Below, piece by piece: positions 12,801-26,427 of a stretch of DNA of 64,000 bases. Under the pieces are notes generated by a model. The model made no database searches, had not been told where the DNA came from, and saw nothing but the letters and a program-made list of their open reading frames with translations. Made by a program: the position numbers and the translations under genes. Positions within the stretch are counted from its first letter, which is position 1. Every line of letters begins with the position of its first letter. The stretch is from a virus: IMG/VR virus record IMGVR_UViG_3300032050_000079, positions 13,336-77,335 of that record, one strand, 5' to 3'.

Positions 12801-15800
12801 AATCTATAACCCCATCATTTTCATCAATTGTTACACCTTCTTCATTTTTTCCGCTAACACCAGAATCAAGATACTGTTCTGCTGCTTTGTAAAGTGCTTG
12901 ATTTTTTGATGCTGCTTGAGAATCAACGTTATTGCCAATCCAGTCTGCTCCCAACAATGAATTAAATTCATTAGACCAAACTTTGTCTTCTTCAAATTCT
13001 TTTATTAAACCAGTCGTTTGAGAGCCGCTTAAAAAAGCAATTAGTGGGTGCGATGATGCTGCGTCATCTTCGTCTGGATCAAGACCATATATCTCTGCAA
13101 AGATATTTTTTACACTTTCATATGTATGATAGCCAACTCTAAATTGATTCCAAATCCATTGTGCCTGACCAACACTTCTTCCATTACCTGCAATTACCTT
13201 TGTTTGTGCATCAAAGCTTTCGTCATAGAATCCTCTTGCAGTGACAGATACTGTATCTGATGGATCAAACACTGCTTTAAAATCTTCGCTAGATCCAATT
13301 AATTTTTCTCCTGTGTCAATTCCATCTTGACTATCTAATAAGTCTATTAGAGTTTGTTCTTTAAGCTTATCTAATTCGTTTGAACGAATATTATCAAAAT
13401 AATAACGATAGTTACCGCCACTAGAGAGAGAAGCTAGATATGCTTTTTGATCTTGAGTAATAATAATTGCTTCTGCAGAAGAAAGGTTTTCATTTGGTAT
13501 TAAAGTATTACTCTTTAAGCCAGTAAATTTTGATTTGTCTTTAAAAGGATTTTCCGCATACTTGTAGCTTACGTCAGTTCTTCTTGCTCTTGTGCTTTCT
13601 TCGTCTGTTATGTCAAAATTATTTTTTACAACAAAATTTCCAAAACCAATTGCAAAAGTTTCTGATTCATATGTTTCTCCAGCTTGACTACTATAAAATT
13701 GCTTTGCTGGATTGAATGCACTGGTCACGACACCTAGTGGTACATCGTCGTGGACAAAAGTAAAATGACACTCTTTTAATGAAGCTTCTGACATCCCTAT
13801 TGTTTCCCATGAGTCTGCTAAAACTCCACTTTCATCATAAACATCTGGAAGATTTTCTGTTGGAGATAATATTTCGCCGTCTTCATTAATTAAGAGACCT
13901 AAGAATAGAGCAGCATCTGGCGAAACAATAGCTTCTGTTTTGTTTGATCCATTTGGATCTGAGTCGCTCCACAAGAAATAAGCTGGTGCGCATACTACAG
14001 CTTGTTTTGAGTCTGGATTATATACAAGAACTTTTCTCTTTTTATAATCATCTGCAGAGCCAACTAATTCTTGATTAGTAAAATTATATTGTTTTTTAAA
14101 TTCTTCAAGAACTTTATTTCTAACTTGTTCATCTTGACTATACTCATCTGGATTAGTTCTTGTTTCTAAGGGATTATATGGCCACCTCATTGCAATATAG
14201 AACTGCTCGTGATCTGCATCTATTGGTGTAGACCATTCTGTAAAATTAAGTGGCAATGACGGATTTGCTAATTGTAGATTAAAAGCGTTATCCACATCTC
14301 CATAAACATCTTTTAGTCCATCAATGAACTCAAACTTTCCATCTACATTAACCAAATCATCATTAAATGTAGCTTTATTTACTATTGGTAGTGGCATTTG
14401 AATTGTTTGACTTGCCACTTTAGCCAAGGAACTTACGCTTGATCCTTCTGCGATAGAAAAACCAGATGGATCAAACGCAGCTTCGTTTGCCAAACCATCA
14501 GCAAACTGGGAAGCTGCAAGATATTGACCAAATGGAAAATTAAAGTTTAAAACTTTTTCTCCACTAGTATTAGTTGAAACTAATTTTGTTTCTGATCCCT
14601 CTTTGCTAACAAGATCTTTTTCAAACTTTGAAATCTCAACTATATTAGCAATTCTTTGCTCTACATCTTCTTGACTGTTAAGTTTTAAGATTTTATCAAA
14701 ATCAAGAGAGTTTAATGTTCCACTACTTCTATTTGTAAAGAATGGGTATCTAAATCTCATGGGCAAGAAATCTGCTTGCTTATGATCATTCTGAATAGGA
14801 GCTTCAATTCCACCAGCCACACCAAACGGCAAGTGGAATCCTACTTGAACTTTTCCTTTATTTACTGGTAAAACAGATTTTAGCTCTCCGTCTACATAAT
14901 ATTTGTTTCTGTCAACGTCTCCAAAATTAATTATCTGACCATTTAATGGTTCACCAGCTTTAAATATATCTTGAAACTTTAGTGTATTTTCCCCAAATAT
15001 CGACATCATGCCAGATAGTTTTGATTCGCTTAAATCACTAAATGCATTAGAGTCTGCTAGTGGGCTTGACTCTTTATTTATTTTGTTTAAGATTTCATTC
15101 ATAACATAATCTGGACCAGACCATACTGGACCATCAACGTCTGAATCTGCACTTTCAATATGAAAACCAGTAGAGATTGGATAAACCCCAGAAGTATATA
15201 ACCAGTGTGGCTTGCCATAAAAAACTGTTGATCTATCTTCGAACGGCCTTACTGCAACTATATAGTTTGGCAAAAGTCTTGCGCAAAGTTGGAACATGTC
15301 CCAAACAGATCTCATGTAAGTTTGTGCCCTAAAAGAAACTTCATCATATATGTCATCATCAAGATCGGAAACAAGACCCATTGTCTTAAACAAATTAGCC
15401 GTACCTCTTCCTGCAAGGTTCTTTGTTAAAATAGAGCCAAGACCACCACCTCCTGCTGCAGCCCCTACTCCTCCCACTATAGAGGCGGTGATTCCGGCAG
15501 GTGCTGCAATAGCCCCAACTGGAGCAGCTAGTGCAGCAATAGCAAGACCGCCAAGAACCTGAGAGGTTCCAATAGCCTTAGAAGAATCAACTAGTTTGCT
15601 TGATGCAGTAACTGAACCTAATACGCTAGACGCACCAGCATTCATCTCTCTTTCTGAAGCCTGTATTAAACGATTCCACGAAGAGTCACTTAACCTATCT
15701 AGGTAACCAAATTTTTGATTTTCAATCTCGCTTGGATCGACGCTTGCAAGAACTGACCAGCCATCATCAATATCTCCGCCCATAAATTGAGATATTCCAA

Positions 15801-18800
15801 GACCATTTCCTGGATAAATATTTCTTTTAAATATTTCCATATCTCTTTGTGTTGAAAAACTTGTCATCATCATTTGCATCATGCCAAACACTGGAGTTCT
15901 CATGCTGCCGCCAGCTGACTCAAAACCACCTAAAGAAGCCATATTGGCGAAAGAGTTTCCAACAACACCAGCAGTTCCAGTAAAAGGGTTATTAGACATA
16001 ACATTAAAAGCATCAGCTACAACATTTCTGTATTGACTTGCTTGAATTTTTTCTCTTTCAGTCAAAGGTTCATAAAGAATTGAACCAAAGTGTCTAATGC
16101 CAAATTTATTCTCAGAGAACACAGATCCTCTTGTTGCGTGAGCAAAAGCTTCTCTAACTCTTGATGATCCCATAGACAATAGTCTAATCATTAAGTCTCT
16201 TGGCTCAGACAGCCACATTCCTGTGTTTATGCCTCCGTCTATTTTTCCACTGTCACCTTTTTTATTTGATGAGTTAATAATTGGACTTAGCTCTATCGCA
16301 TCTGACTGACATGTTACTGTTACAATTTCCCCTAATTCAACTTGGGTTATAATTCCATTAAATACAGTATCTAGACTATTTGGGTTAGAGCCATAACCAG
16401 CCCTTAGGTGAACTCTTACGCCTGGCTTTAGTCTCATGTTTTCTATCTCAGTTACATATTTGGAATGAAAATGTGTAGCAAAGTTTCTAGACACATTTAA
16501 TAGAGTATCTATTAAGGCCGCAGAACCTGCAGTTATGTCTGTAACAACGCCGTTTGCATTACCTGCTGAAACAAGATCTGATACAGTTAGTTCTGGTTTT
16601 GATAACTTAGAATAAGTATTTGATAGCCTAAGTATTAACGTATCGCCCAAAATGTCTTCTGATTGAACTATTGAAAAGTCAATTACAGACTGCAATCCAT
16701 AGAAGTTATCAAACAATTTTGTTCCAGAAAAATAACTTTCATCTATTAGCCAGAGCATGTAGGTTGGAAAAGCTCTAATCATTCTATATGATTTATCCCT
16801 ATATTGGGTATCCATCATCATTTTTTCCCAGTGCTTTAGGGCTTCTTTATATCCACCAGAAGAGTTAACGCTCTGCATTTCGTCTTTAGTGTTTGTTCCA
16901 TATGCCCTTTGATACGAGTCTAAAGATGTTGCTCCAGCAACTTGGGTATGCACCTCTTGCTTATCTCTCTCTGGAGTAGAGGTGTCCGATACTGGAGTGG
17001 TAGTTGCGCCAAGCAAAACTGCGTTTCCATCTGCATCTGGAACTACATTAAGGTTGTCTAGAGCAATATAGAATCTACCATCTTCTTCGGAAGAATATCC
17101 TAAAAGAAATCCTCCATCTGGAGTTTGATAGATACAAGGGATTTTACCCAAATCGGCGGAGTCTGCAGAGGGTATATAATATATTACTCCTCCATATGGG
17201 ACTTCATCTGGATCGAATGAAGGAAGCTTGCCTTCTTTAAGAGAATATTCACTTTCCATAACTAAGGAATTAAATGCTTTTATTTGCTCCTTAGATCCAG
17301 TTACAAGATCACCAATTTTTAGTTCGCCATATTCTGTTGTAAATTTAAGATCTGCAAAAGTATGTTCAACACCAAGCTCATCAACAAAAGTGTCTATAAA
17401 ATCTTTCCATATATCTGGAAACTTATTTGCAACATTTCTGCTTTTATTTAAACCAATCTGTTCAATAATCGTATCGTTGTCAGTATCAAATATAGCCTTT
17501 CTAAAAACCATCATAGCTTTAGCTGGCTCCATTTTTAGGTCATCAATAAGATACTTTTTTGCTTCCTGTATTGACCCATTGCTTAACAAAAGATTTTGTT
17601 TAATTGTATCTGCTATTGCCTTGTCTGCTTCTGTTAGTTGAATTGAGTCTAGATCACTCTTAATAGGAATATGAAACTCGTCTCTGTCTATTGTCGTATT
17701 AATCAGATCTTGGTCAAATGTTTCAAAAGATCTAAAATAAAAATCTGGATCTAAAGTTCCAACAGTTTCTCCAAGGCTATCTTTTACTTGAAGAGGCAAA
17801 TCTGGGTAAGCATTAAATACTCCCCAATTTTGCTTTAAGCGTAAAAATGGATTTCTTTTTGATTTAAACTGTTCAATAAATTTTTTCTGTTGTTCATTAC
17901 TAATCATTTCCCTCTTCTGTTGGAAAACGTCAAAGTCAACAAGAGACAATTCGACTTGATATACATGCGGATAGTTTGGAATAGTATTAACATTATATGA
18001 CAATGGTAAAACATATTTAATTCCAGCAAGAGCGGTAATAATATTTTTAATTCCCATAAAACCTATTACGCCAGCAGCGTGCTCTAACCTAGCTAAGCCA
18101 GACAAAAAGTCAAACATGTTTTTAATTTTTCTTAGTTCTTTTTCGCCAAAGATTGTTAAAGACATACTGACAAAACTGTCTTTTGCGCCTATATGTTGAT
18201 AGGTTGGCTCATCTTCCATTTGAATTTGCATCTTGGCTAGATTATTTGCCAGGCTAACTGTTACTGCATTTACTATCACAGCATTGGGGTCTAGATCAAG
18301 TTTCATCATTGGTACGTCCCATTCTCTAAATGAGAACGAACCTTGACGAGCTTGAGCCGATTCCAAAAGACCAATAACATCTGCGTTGGAAAAGAATCTT
18401 TCATACAAGGAAACATTAAAAGCCATTACTAGTTCTTCTTCAACCTTAGCTTTTATTGCCATCCATTCTGAATTAGAACGCTTATTGTCATCTGTAAATT
18501 TTATCTGTTTTCTTTTTGCAATTTTATCTGTTTCTTGCTCAATATAATAAGAAAGAACTGATCCTGAACCACCATCTTTATAATCGGAATAAGCAGCGTT
18601 ATACATTCTGTCTTTTTGTCTTTTTAACTCGGCTTGACCAATAGTTAATCCAATATACGACGGAGTAGCTGCAGAAGATGTATCGTTTGGAATCGCGGGC
18701 ATTGTCAGATCACTGCTTGGCTTTCTGCTTTTTATGTATGCTCTTACATCTTTGTCTTTAATATTGTTTACTGACAAGTATTCTGTTGCAATACTGTCAT

Positions 18801-20681
18801 AGACCTTATCTTTTATGTCATTAGAAGTTGCTCCAGCCTGGATCACGCTAAGAATCAATGCAGCTTTATTTTTTGCTGTAGGCCCTATTATATTATTTCT
18901 TGAAGTTGATATAACAGACTCTAAATCTCTATGATAAGATTCAGATTCATTAACGTCTAAACCAAACCTGTCAAGTAAGCTCTCCCAAAAGCCCCTACCA
19001 ACGTCTGTTCTAGCAACCTCTTCTGAAGTTCTAAATGAAGAAATATCTGGAGTAAATATTTTAGACTGAACGCTTGATGGAATATATAACTGTATGTGTT
19101 TTCCATCTTCCCATTCTTTTATAACATTAGTTTTGAGCACTGACGTCTGATCGTCGTAAACGTCAGTTGAAATTGAAGTTCTACCAAATCCACTATTTCC
19201 ATTTGCATCTGTTCTATCAGCGTACTGAGCATCTTCTCCGGCCTAAATTTGAAACACCTCTTGTTGAGTTGTCTGCGCCAAAAACTTTGTTTGATGATTC
19301 CATTTCTTTATCTGATTCAGATATAAAATCTTGACTAATATAGTTATACATTGCTCCGGCAGCGCGACCCATAAAATGTCTATATTTACCCCAGTGAACT
19401 GATTGATTAAAATCTTTAATCATAGGCAAGAAGGGTTTGTGATTAAAGTTTAACAGCTCAAGATCTACAACTAGCGCAAATGGATAATCTGGAATAGTCG
19501 ATATGCTCATTGAATTTAATGCAACGCCAGTAATTTTGTGAACGCTGTTTAAGTAATGATTCTTAACAGGAAGAATTGGAGAATATTTAAAGGCTGCTAC
19601 CAAACCTCTTAAAGAGGAAAGAAACTTGTCTACCTTTTCTGTATCAGCTTCATCATTAAAGTCAATTTTGAAATCCGAATTAACACTTAGTTTTGATCCA
19701 TCATCAACATCTATTCCCCATATGTTTTCGTAATTAGGAAAATAAAGTCTAATATTTATAGATGTTTCTCTATAACCAGAATTGAATTTTGGAGAAGCTT
19801 TTTGTCTAATAGCTCCACCCGTCATGCTTCCAGTTTTAAAGGCGGTGTTAATTGATATAGAAACTGGAGGAACATAGAAATTGGCAGCACCTATTCTTAA
19901 ATGAAATATGTCTGGTGTGGCTGGAGCAATATTTGAGGGAATGGCCATTCTTTCAATTGCTTTTTGCAGTTTCTGCACTGTGAGAAAGTCTTTAGTTTCC
20001 CATACTGGTTCAAATACTGCTTCTCCAGTATTTTTATCGGTACCAAATGATTTAAACATTTGTTCCATGATATATTTTGTATCATTAAGAGGATCGTCCT
20101 CCATATGACCATAGTCTGCTGTTGCTGCTAATGCAGATAAAAATAGATTAGCTAAATTTGGAAAATACTGATAAATAATGGAAAGAGTTATTGGCTCTCT
20201 TGCAAAGAAATTTCTTACTCTGATCAAGGCGTTTTGCCATCTCATGTCTCTTTCTGGATCATTAATAGCTTTATCTGAATCTCTGCTTTCTGGTGATCCA
20301 GTCAAAGACTCAAGGCTAGAAAATCTTTGTCTTGAAAACTCTCTTAGTCCTCCTATCTCTTCAACTAAATCTAAAATACCAGAGTTTAATACTTTATCAA
20401 ATAATTCTTTTCTATATTTTTTATCTAGCTGATGCGCAGAAGCGCTAACAGAAAATATTTCATGTATTGTTGATCCGAGTTAAGCCAAGGTATGATTTTC
20501 CTGCTTCGTCTAATGCTTTTGGAAGTTCATTAAATAAAAACTTAACTTTTTCTTTTGCTTCATTAGATAAATTGTTAAAAGGTATGTCAAAACCACTCGG
20601 ACCAAAACCATTGGTAGTATTAGCCCAACCACCAAATGGATAAAGAGTTGAAGAAGTATAAGTATTTTGAGTATCTGACAT
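9823..20681 (-). CDS. Giant baseplate hub-like protein (~3618 aa) with a C-terminal thermonuclease (SNase-like) domain; joins ORFs 20460..20681, 19217..20305 and 9823..19140 via two +1 shifts
   Basis: Hub-like segments LKPGVRVHLRAGYG...VFNGIITQV and GEITLIGDTSIRPHDLVYL...FEVEQVVHHFT..GFVTSITP. SNase motifs VVDGDTF, VRFEGVNTAE, DRYMATI and LNWDLVEKGLAKVY. The intervening sequences are open in the shifted frames. Confidence 0.75.
19238..19240 (-). other. +1 frameshift site (GGC CGG A -> GGC GGA)
   Basis: The shifted frame reads GEDAQYADRTD... without a stop into the 3105-aa ORF. Confidence 0.85.
20475..20477 (-). other. +1 frameshift site (ACT CGG A -> ACT GGA), codon 69
   Basis: The shifted frame reads GSTIHEIFSVS... 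without a stop into ORF 19217..20305. Confidence 0.85.
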
Positions 20682-20684
20682 ATA

Positions 20685-21137
20685 TTACCTAAACATTTTT
20701 TCTACTGATAGCTTTGCGTTCATTTTGTTGGCTGAACTATTTTTTGCTACAGAAGATCCGTACCTTGTTATTTTACCATTTTTTTTAAAGGCTGCAAAGT
20801 TATTTGAGCCATAATTTAATGGTTTAAAATTATTTTTTTCTGCGTATCTTGCTTTTTGAAAATTCTTATTGTCATAGCCAGCTCCCTTTGGAAGTATCAC
20901 TGCTTTTGATGATCTATCCAAACCCTCAAATGAACCCCTCACTGGATCTGATGGTCCAGAAGTTCTTTGAGTTCTGCTAGCTTTTTCTATAGTTGGACTT
21001 GGAGAGCTTGAAACATTTTTGGTTGAAGATATCTTAGCAGAAAGATTGCTAACTGCTTTTGTTTTTGGAGTTGGATCTACCCTTTTTTGCGCAGCGTTTT
21101 TTAAGTTTGCATTTTGAGTGCCAGCGCCAAAAATCAT
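20685..21137 (-). CDS. Small basic Lys/Ser-rich hypothetical protein (possible internal virion protein)
   Basis: 150-aa ORF tightly packed between its neighbours; very basic and low complexity. Confidence 0.55.
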   Translation of the reverse strand: MIFGAGTQNANLKNAAQKRVDPTPKTKAVSNLSAKISSTKNVSSSPSPTIEKASRTQRTSGPSDPVRGSFEGLDRSSKAVILPKGAGYDNKNFQKARYAEKNNFKPLNYGSNNFAAFKKNGKITRYGSSVAKNSSANKMNAKLSVEKMFR

Positions 21138-21145
21138 AATACTAC

Positions 21146-24100
21146 CTAAAAGCTAGATGCAACATTTGAATAAGGATCTCTACCTAGTCTTGGGAGTCCA
21201 TTATACATAGTAGCGTTAATTGGCCCACTAGCAACACCTCCAACAAGTTGTTGAAGCTTTTCTGCATCGGCTTGTGATCCACTTAAGTGTATTTTATAGC
21301 TCATTGATGCAGTAGTGGGATTTAAATATTTTAAATCAGATATTGAAGGCAAAGCTTTTGGAAAATCTGACTCATAAGCGCTACCTCCGGGCAGCATTGC
21401 TGGGCCTTCAATTTCTTCTTGAGTTCTTTCTTTTCTGGCTGAATATATAAAACCAAATGCAGCAAGACCAAGAGCTGCGTATGTTGAATTTCTTATTATT
21501 GAATCCTGAAATAAATCTGCCATACCACCAGACTTTAGCATTCTTCCAAACCTTGTATATAATTTATCTGGAGCATCAGCAGAGGCCCTTGCTGCTGCAG
21601 CGTCAATATCATCAATTGCGTCAAAAGCTTCTCTTGGTATATCTGCTGGATCTAAAAATTCTACTGCTCCAGTTCCACTTGGAGGCATTCCGGGTGCAGC
21701 TCCTCCAGCACCGGCGGGCGCACTGTAGGCTTGATCCAATCTTTCCTGAGTTCTCATAGCGTTAATAAGAATATAGTTACTTCTTGCTGCATCGGGAGCT
21801 TCTTGCAAATTTGCCCCTCCTCTTGCTGTTAGCTGCACAAAATCAAATGCATCTTGTGACAATCCAAGTTCTAGTCTTGCCTGTGCCGTAGTCGCTTCTC
21901 TAGCTAAAGCACTAAACGAACCGGGACCTGAAAGAATTGCGCCCATACTTTGAAGAGTTGATCTTGCTCTTGTTTTTCCTTCTTTAAGCAGGTCGATTGC
22001 TTCATCTCTGGTCATTTTTGTAACATCCATGGGAGACACTGATCTTGCAAAATCGTCCTTTAAGGTATCAAGTAAGTCGTAGTCGCCTGTACTGAGTGCT
22101 CTTGCAGCCGCCCTTCTATCAGCAGAATCTCTTGCTAGCTCTGTCATTTCAAATCCGAATACCATCTGGTGCTCCTTCTTTAGAAATAACTTCTCTCATT
22201 ACTTGAGCTGCTCTTGATCCATATTTTCTAGTAACCGAAGATAACATAGTGTCATAAACATCAAGAATATTGGCTGCACCTTTAGCGTTTGACAATGCAG
22301 ACATCATCTCATATAAATGCGTAGACAAGTTCATCTTTTGAACAACAGCCGAAAACTCTTCTGCTGTTGCAACGTAGGTTTTATCTGCATCTAAATCTCT
22401 TAATACATTGAAAGCGCCTCTTAAGCTTTCTGCTATTTCATCAGTATATTTCATATACTCTGCTCTTGGAGTGGGAATTTGACCAATTTCATCTGCGACC
22501 GCGCTTCTGTACATTTGAGAAAATGTTCCTTCAAGAATAGATTTTTGTTTTTGTGCTGTTTCAAAATATCTTGATGTCACTGCATACTTGTTATACGCAG
22601 CAGTACCTTTTTTTAAAGATATTAGTCGCGCAATATCTTCTGATTTTTTTGCTTCTCTTAATTCTTGGATTGCTTCTAAAAGTCTTTGTTCTTCTGCAGT
22701 TCCAGCTACAGCTGTTCTTTTAGCTTCTTCGTATCCTATTAAGAGGTCTTGTTTCATGCTTTCTAACTCTGCACTTGATTTAATTCTAGCTCCAATATGA
22801 TTTGGATCAAGTAGTGCGGGATCAAATGCGATTAAATCATCAACACTTTGACCTGCCAATATCTGCATGCCGCGAAGAAATCCTGTTCCTTGCGATATGC
22901 TTTTAATAGCTCCCTCTCCAGCAAATGCAAGATTGGTGAGCAGTTTGGATGGGTCGGTTGGATCAATCTTTGCATACCTGCCAATTAACTCTGCAACAAT
23001 TTTAGCCTGTGCGGTTTGGTCTGCGACACCACTGAATGACTGGAACATTTGAATTCCGCGAAGAATTTCACCCATTTGTTGTTCGTCAATTAATCTTCCT
23101 CCAGCAATTCTTTGTACTGCAGCTGTTGGATCATCTGAACTTGCTATAAGCTCTTTAACCATGTCAACAGCGTTTGATGGAGGTATTAAGCCAACTGAAT
23201 ATTTAAGCCTATAAAAATCTTCTATTGCAACATCGGCTATAAAAGATCCGGCACTATCAGTAAGGGCTATTGTTTGTCTAGAACCCCTAAAGCTATTTAA
23301 AACATCTTCTACTTGGTTTTGCATACTGACGGCAACACCTTGTCTGTTAATATATAGGCCCAACGAGTTTGATGGATCTGGAACTGAGTTAATTGATATT
23401 TCTTGAATAACCTGATCTATTACTGCTCTTTCGTTTATTCTTGCTGCTTCTTGATCAAGTCCAGAAAGTGAGCTAATATAATTTCTTACTTCATCTCTGC
23501 TTGCAAAATTGACTCCGTGTGTTTGGATTTACTCCATATAGATCAGAAAATTTTGCTCCCACCTTTTCGTCTAGGTCAAGTCCTGCTGATTCAAAAAGTA
23601 TATTAAATACACTTCCTCTTGTATAATATGGTTCTGCGTCTGTTCCTCTTCCAAGAGTTATTTGCATGTCTGCTAAGCTGACTTTTGTTCTTCTAGCGTA
23701 GTCAATAACTTGTTTATTAATTCCTAATTCAGAGGCAGATTTACTTGATGCCATTTCAGCCAAATCGTATTCTTGCATTTGCATAAAGGCTTCAAATTTC
23801 ATATTTTTTGCTTGTTGAGAACTTCTAACTTTAATAAGCAATTCTTCTACCTCAGCGCTATCGACGTCAACTCCTCTTAGTTGAATTTTGCCTTTTAATT
23901 TTTTATCACCCTTTGCATCGACCATTGATTGTCTTACTTGGTTTAAGATTTCTCTTTCATCTGCGTTTAAGTTCATTGTATTTAATGGATCGTTGGCTGC
24001 GTCAAATAACTCTAAATAATCGTCTACTCTTGTTTTTAATATATTAGCTACATTTTCCTTTTTAGATAAATCAGTTCTACTGAATATTCTTTCTTGGAAA

Positions 24101-26419
24101 CCAGTTGGCTGTCTCATTGTCATAAATGCTAATCTATTTTTTCCATTTGCATCTTTAAACATTAGAGGAAGATTTAACGCTTTGTCGTCCAAGTCAAATG
24201 TACCCAGAGCATGGTGATACAGGTGGGCATTAACGCCATCTATCAACATTCTTCCATCTTCCATATCAAAATTCATAAAATTAACTGCTTGTGTTCCATT
24301 AATTCCAAAAGCAGTTTTTAGATTTGAATCAAATCCGTTTACATTAATATTTATAGTTGAATGAATTCCGGGCCCTCTTCCTGTGATTGCTCCAGATGCT
24401 GTGGTTCTTATTTGCGATCTTGTCATATCTGGGAATGTCATGTACATGGCATCGCCCTTCATGGAGAATGCTTGTGTTGCCATTTCTTTTGTAATTCTAT
24501 CAACCAACGCCGGGATAGATCTAGGATCTGCTCCAGACAAAAGTGCTCTTTGTATTTCTACCGCTTGCTGTTTAGCTCTTGTCATTCTAGCTCTTAAGAG
24601 TCCGGGAATATTGATCTAAAGGAGCTTCAGCCTCTCTTCTTATTGACTCAAGAATATTTTTATCTACAATGCCAGTCTTCATAAATTTATCGGCTTTTTG
24701 CATTTGCCTTTGGACAGTGCTCTCCATCCCTTTAAAAAAATCATCTGCGTTCATATAATCAGGGTGATACATCAACATCAAGGGATCTACTCTAACTGGT
24801 TTAGGAGCAGACATTGACATATCCATAAGAATGCTGTCTATGTTTCCTTGAGATATTTCTTCCTTTAATGAAGATCCATAAACGATCATCATTTTGTCTC
24901 TAAGCTCTCTAGGCATGTTATCAAAACTTCTTACAATATCTTCAAACTTTAATGAAGACCCTTCAAACGCGCCTCTCATAGTTTGTGATTTTGCGTGATT
25001 CATCTTGTAGACAATTGCTTCAATTTCTTTTTCTATATCATCTATCATTGACTGTTCTTCCAATCCAATTGGAATTCCAATACTAGCTTTAAGATTTGTT
25101 AATTTGTCTTGTAAAAAATTTACTCTGGATTGCCAGTATTCCATAGAGGTTATTGCTTCACCATCTCTAGCTCTTTCAACTCCGTCAAAAATAGCTAAAG
25201 CTTTTTTTGCATATGCAAAATCTTCTTTTTTTGCAGTTGATATCTCAGGTGCATTATCTGTTGCTATTTTTTCTAAATTGTTTTTAAAGTCTTTTAGGTT
25301 TCCACCTGCATCTGCATAATCGTTTCCAAGTCTTGCAATAAAGTCGTTTAAATCAGTGTCAGACATAAGATCGCTATAATAACTAACTGCTTCTTTTATT
25401 TTAGCTCTTACCAGTTGAGGAATACGCTTTGCTTCGTCTGTTGCTCCAGTTATCTTCATCGTAGCAAACTGATTCATTTCTTTATTACCTATTTCCATTC
25501 CCATAGACAAAAGGTATTTTTCTTCTGTAGTTAAATCTTTCATAGAAAACAATCCTTTAAAAAAGGATCCAATATCATCATATTGATAAATAGAATCTTC
25601 TAATTTTCCAGAAATTGCTCTAGTTGTTGTTAATATTCTTCCTGCATCTAGTGAAACTCCATTTAACTTTGCTAATCTTGCAGCGTGAAACTCTAAAATA
25701 GATTCTTCTAAATCTTCTCCAGCTATTGCAAAACCTCTTGCAGAGAAAAGGGCCTTGTAACGTTTTGGTAATTTTGCTACTTTTTTACCTACCGTAATTG
25801 AATCTTTTGTCATTAAATCGTCAACAAACTTATCTGTTAACGTCCCAAGACCAAGGGCATACTGAAGTTGTTTCATTTGAGTAGAATCTATGACATTTCC
25901 TGCTGAATCTTTATATCTCATAACCATGATGCCATCATCAGTAACATTTAACATTCCGTGCTTTTGACCAAATGGAGAGTTCATGAATGCATCTAGCTCT
26001 TCTTTGCCTCCACCAAAATCAAACTTTAAATATTCAACAGTCATTGCCTCATCTATATATTGTTCAAGATCCATTTTTATGAGAACATCTCTAGTTCGTG
26101 GGTCCATTGTCGATCTTTGTAAGCGCGTGTTTAAAGCTTTTGCTTCTTCACCTATATGTTTAGCGCCTCTTCTTTCGCCAATTCCTAGGCCTGTAGCATT
26201 AAAGGTTCTATAATCAGTTATATGTAAACCAGTAATATGGTCTGTGGCCTCTTGTGCCGTACTGAATCTATCTCCAGTAGGAGTGAAAACGAATTCATAC
26301 CCGCTACCGTCAGCTTTTTGCTCTATCTTAAAAAAATTTCTTAGTGTAGTATTTCTTTTTAAGGCAGACTCAGCTATAGAAATTTGTCTGCCTAAAGATA
26401 AGTTAAAAGGTGAAGCCAT
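21146..26419 (-). CDS. Putative virion single-subunit two-barrel RNA polymerase (~1756 aa; QDE-1/RdRP/YonO-like); joins four ORFs via three +1 shifts
   Basis: Ordered motifs VAKLPKRYKALFS, RDGEAITS, QTMRG..SLK, IVYGSSLK, LGTFDLDDK, MRQP, NSLGLYIN and SNAVDMVK; hydrophobic helix near the C-terminus; directly after the tape-measure-like gene. Confidence 0.65.
22155..22157 (-). other. +1 frameshift site (ATT CGG A -> ATT GGA)
   Basis: Joins ORF 22149..23363 to ORF 21146..22165. Confidence 0.85.
23515..23517 (-). other. +1 frameshift site (ACA CGG A -> ACA GGA)
   Basis: The shifted frame GVNFASRDEVRNY... is open into ORF 22149..23363. Confidence 0.85.
24602..24604 (-). other. +1 frameshift site (TCC CGG A -> TCC GGA)
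   Basis: The shifted frame GLLRARM runs into the ATG at 24585. Confidence 0.85.
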
Positions 26420-26427
26420 AATTATTC

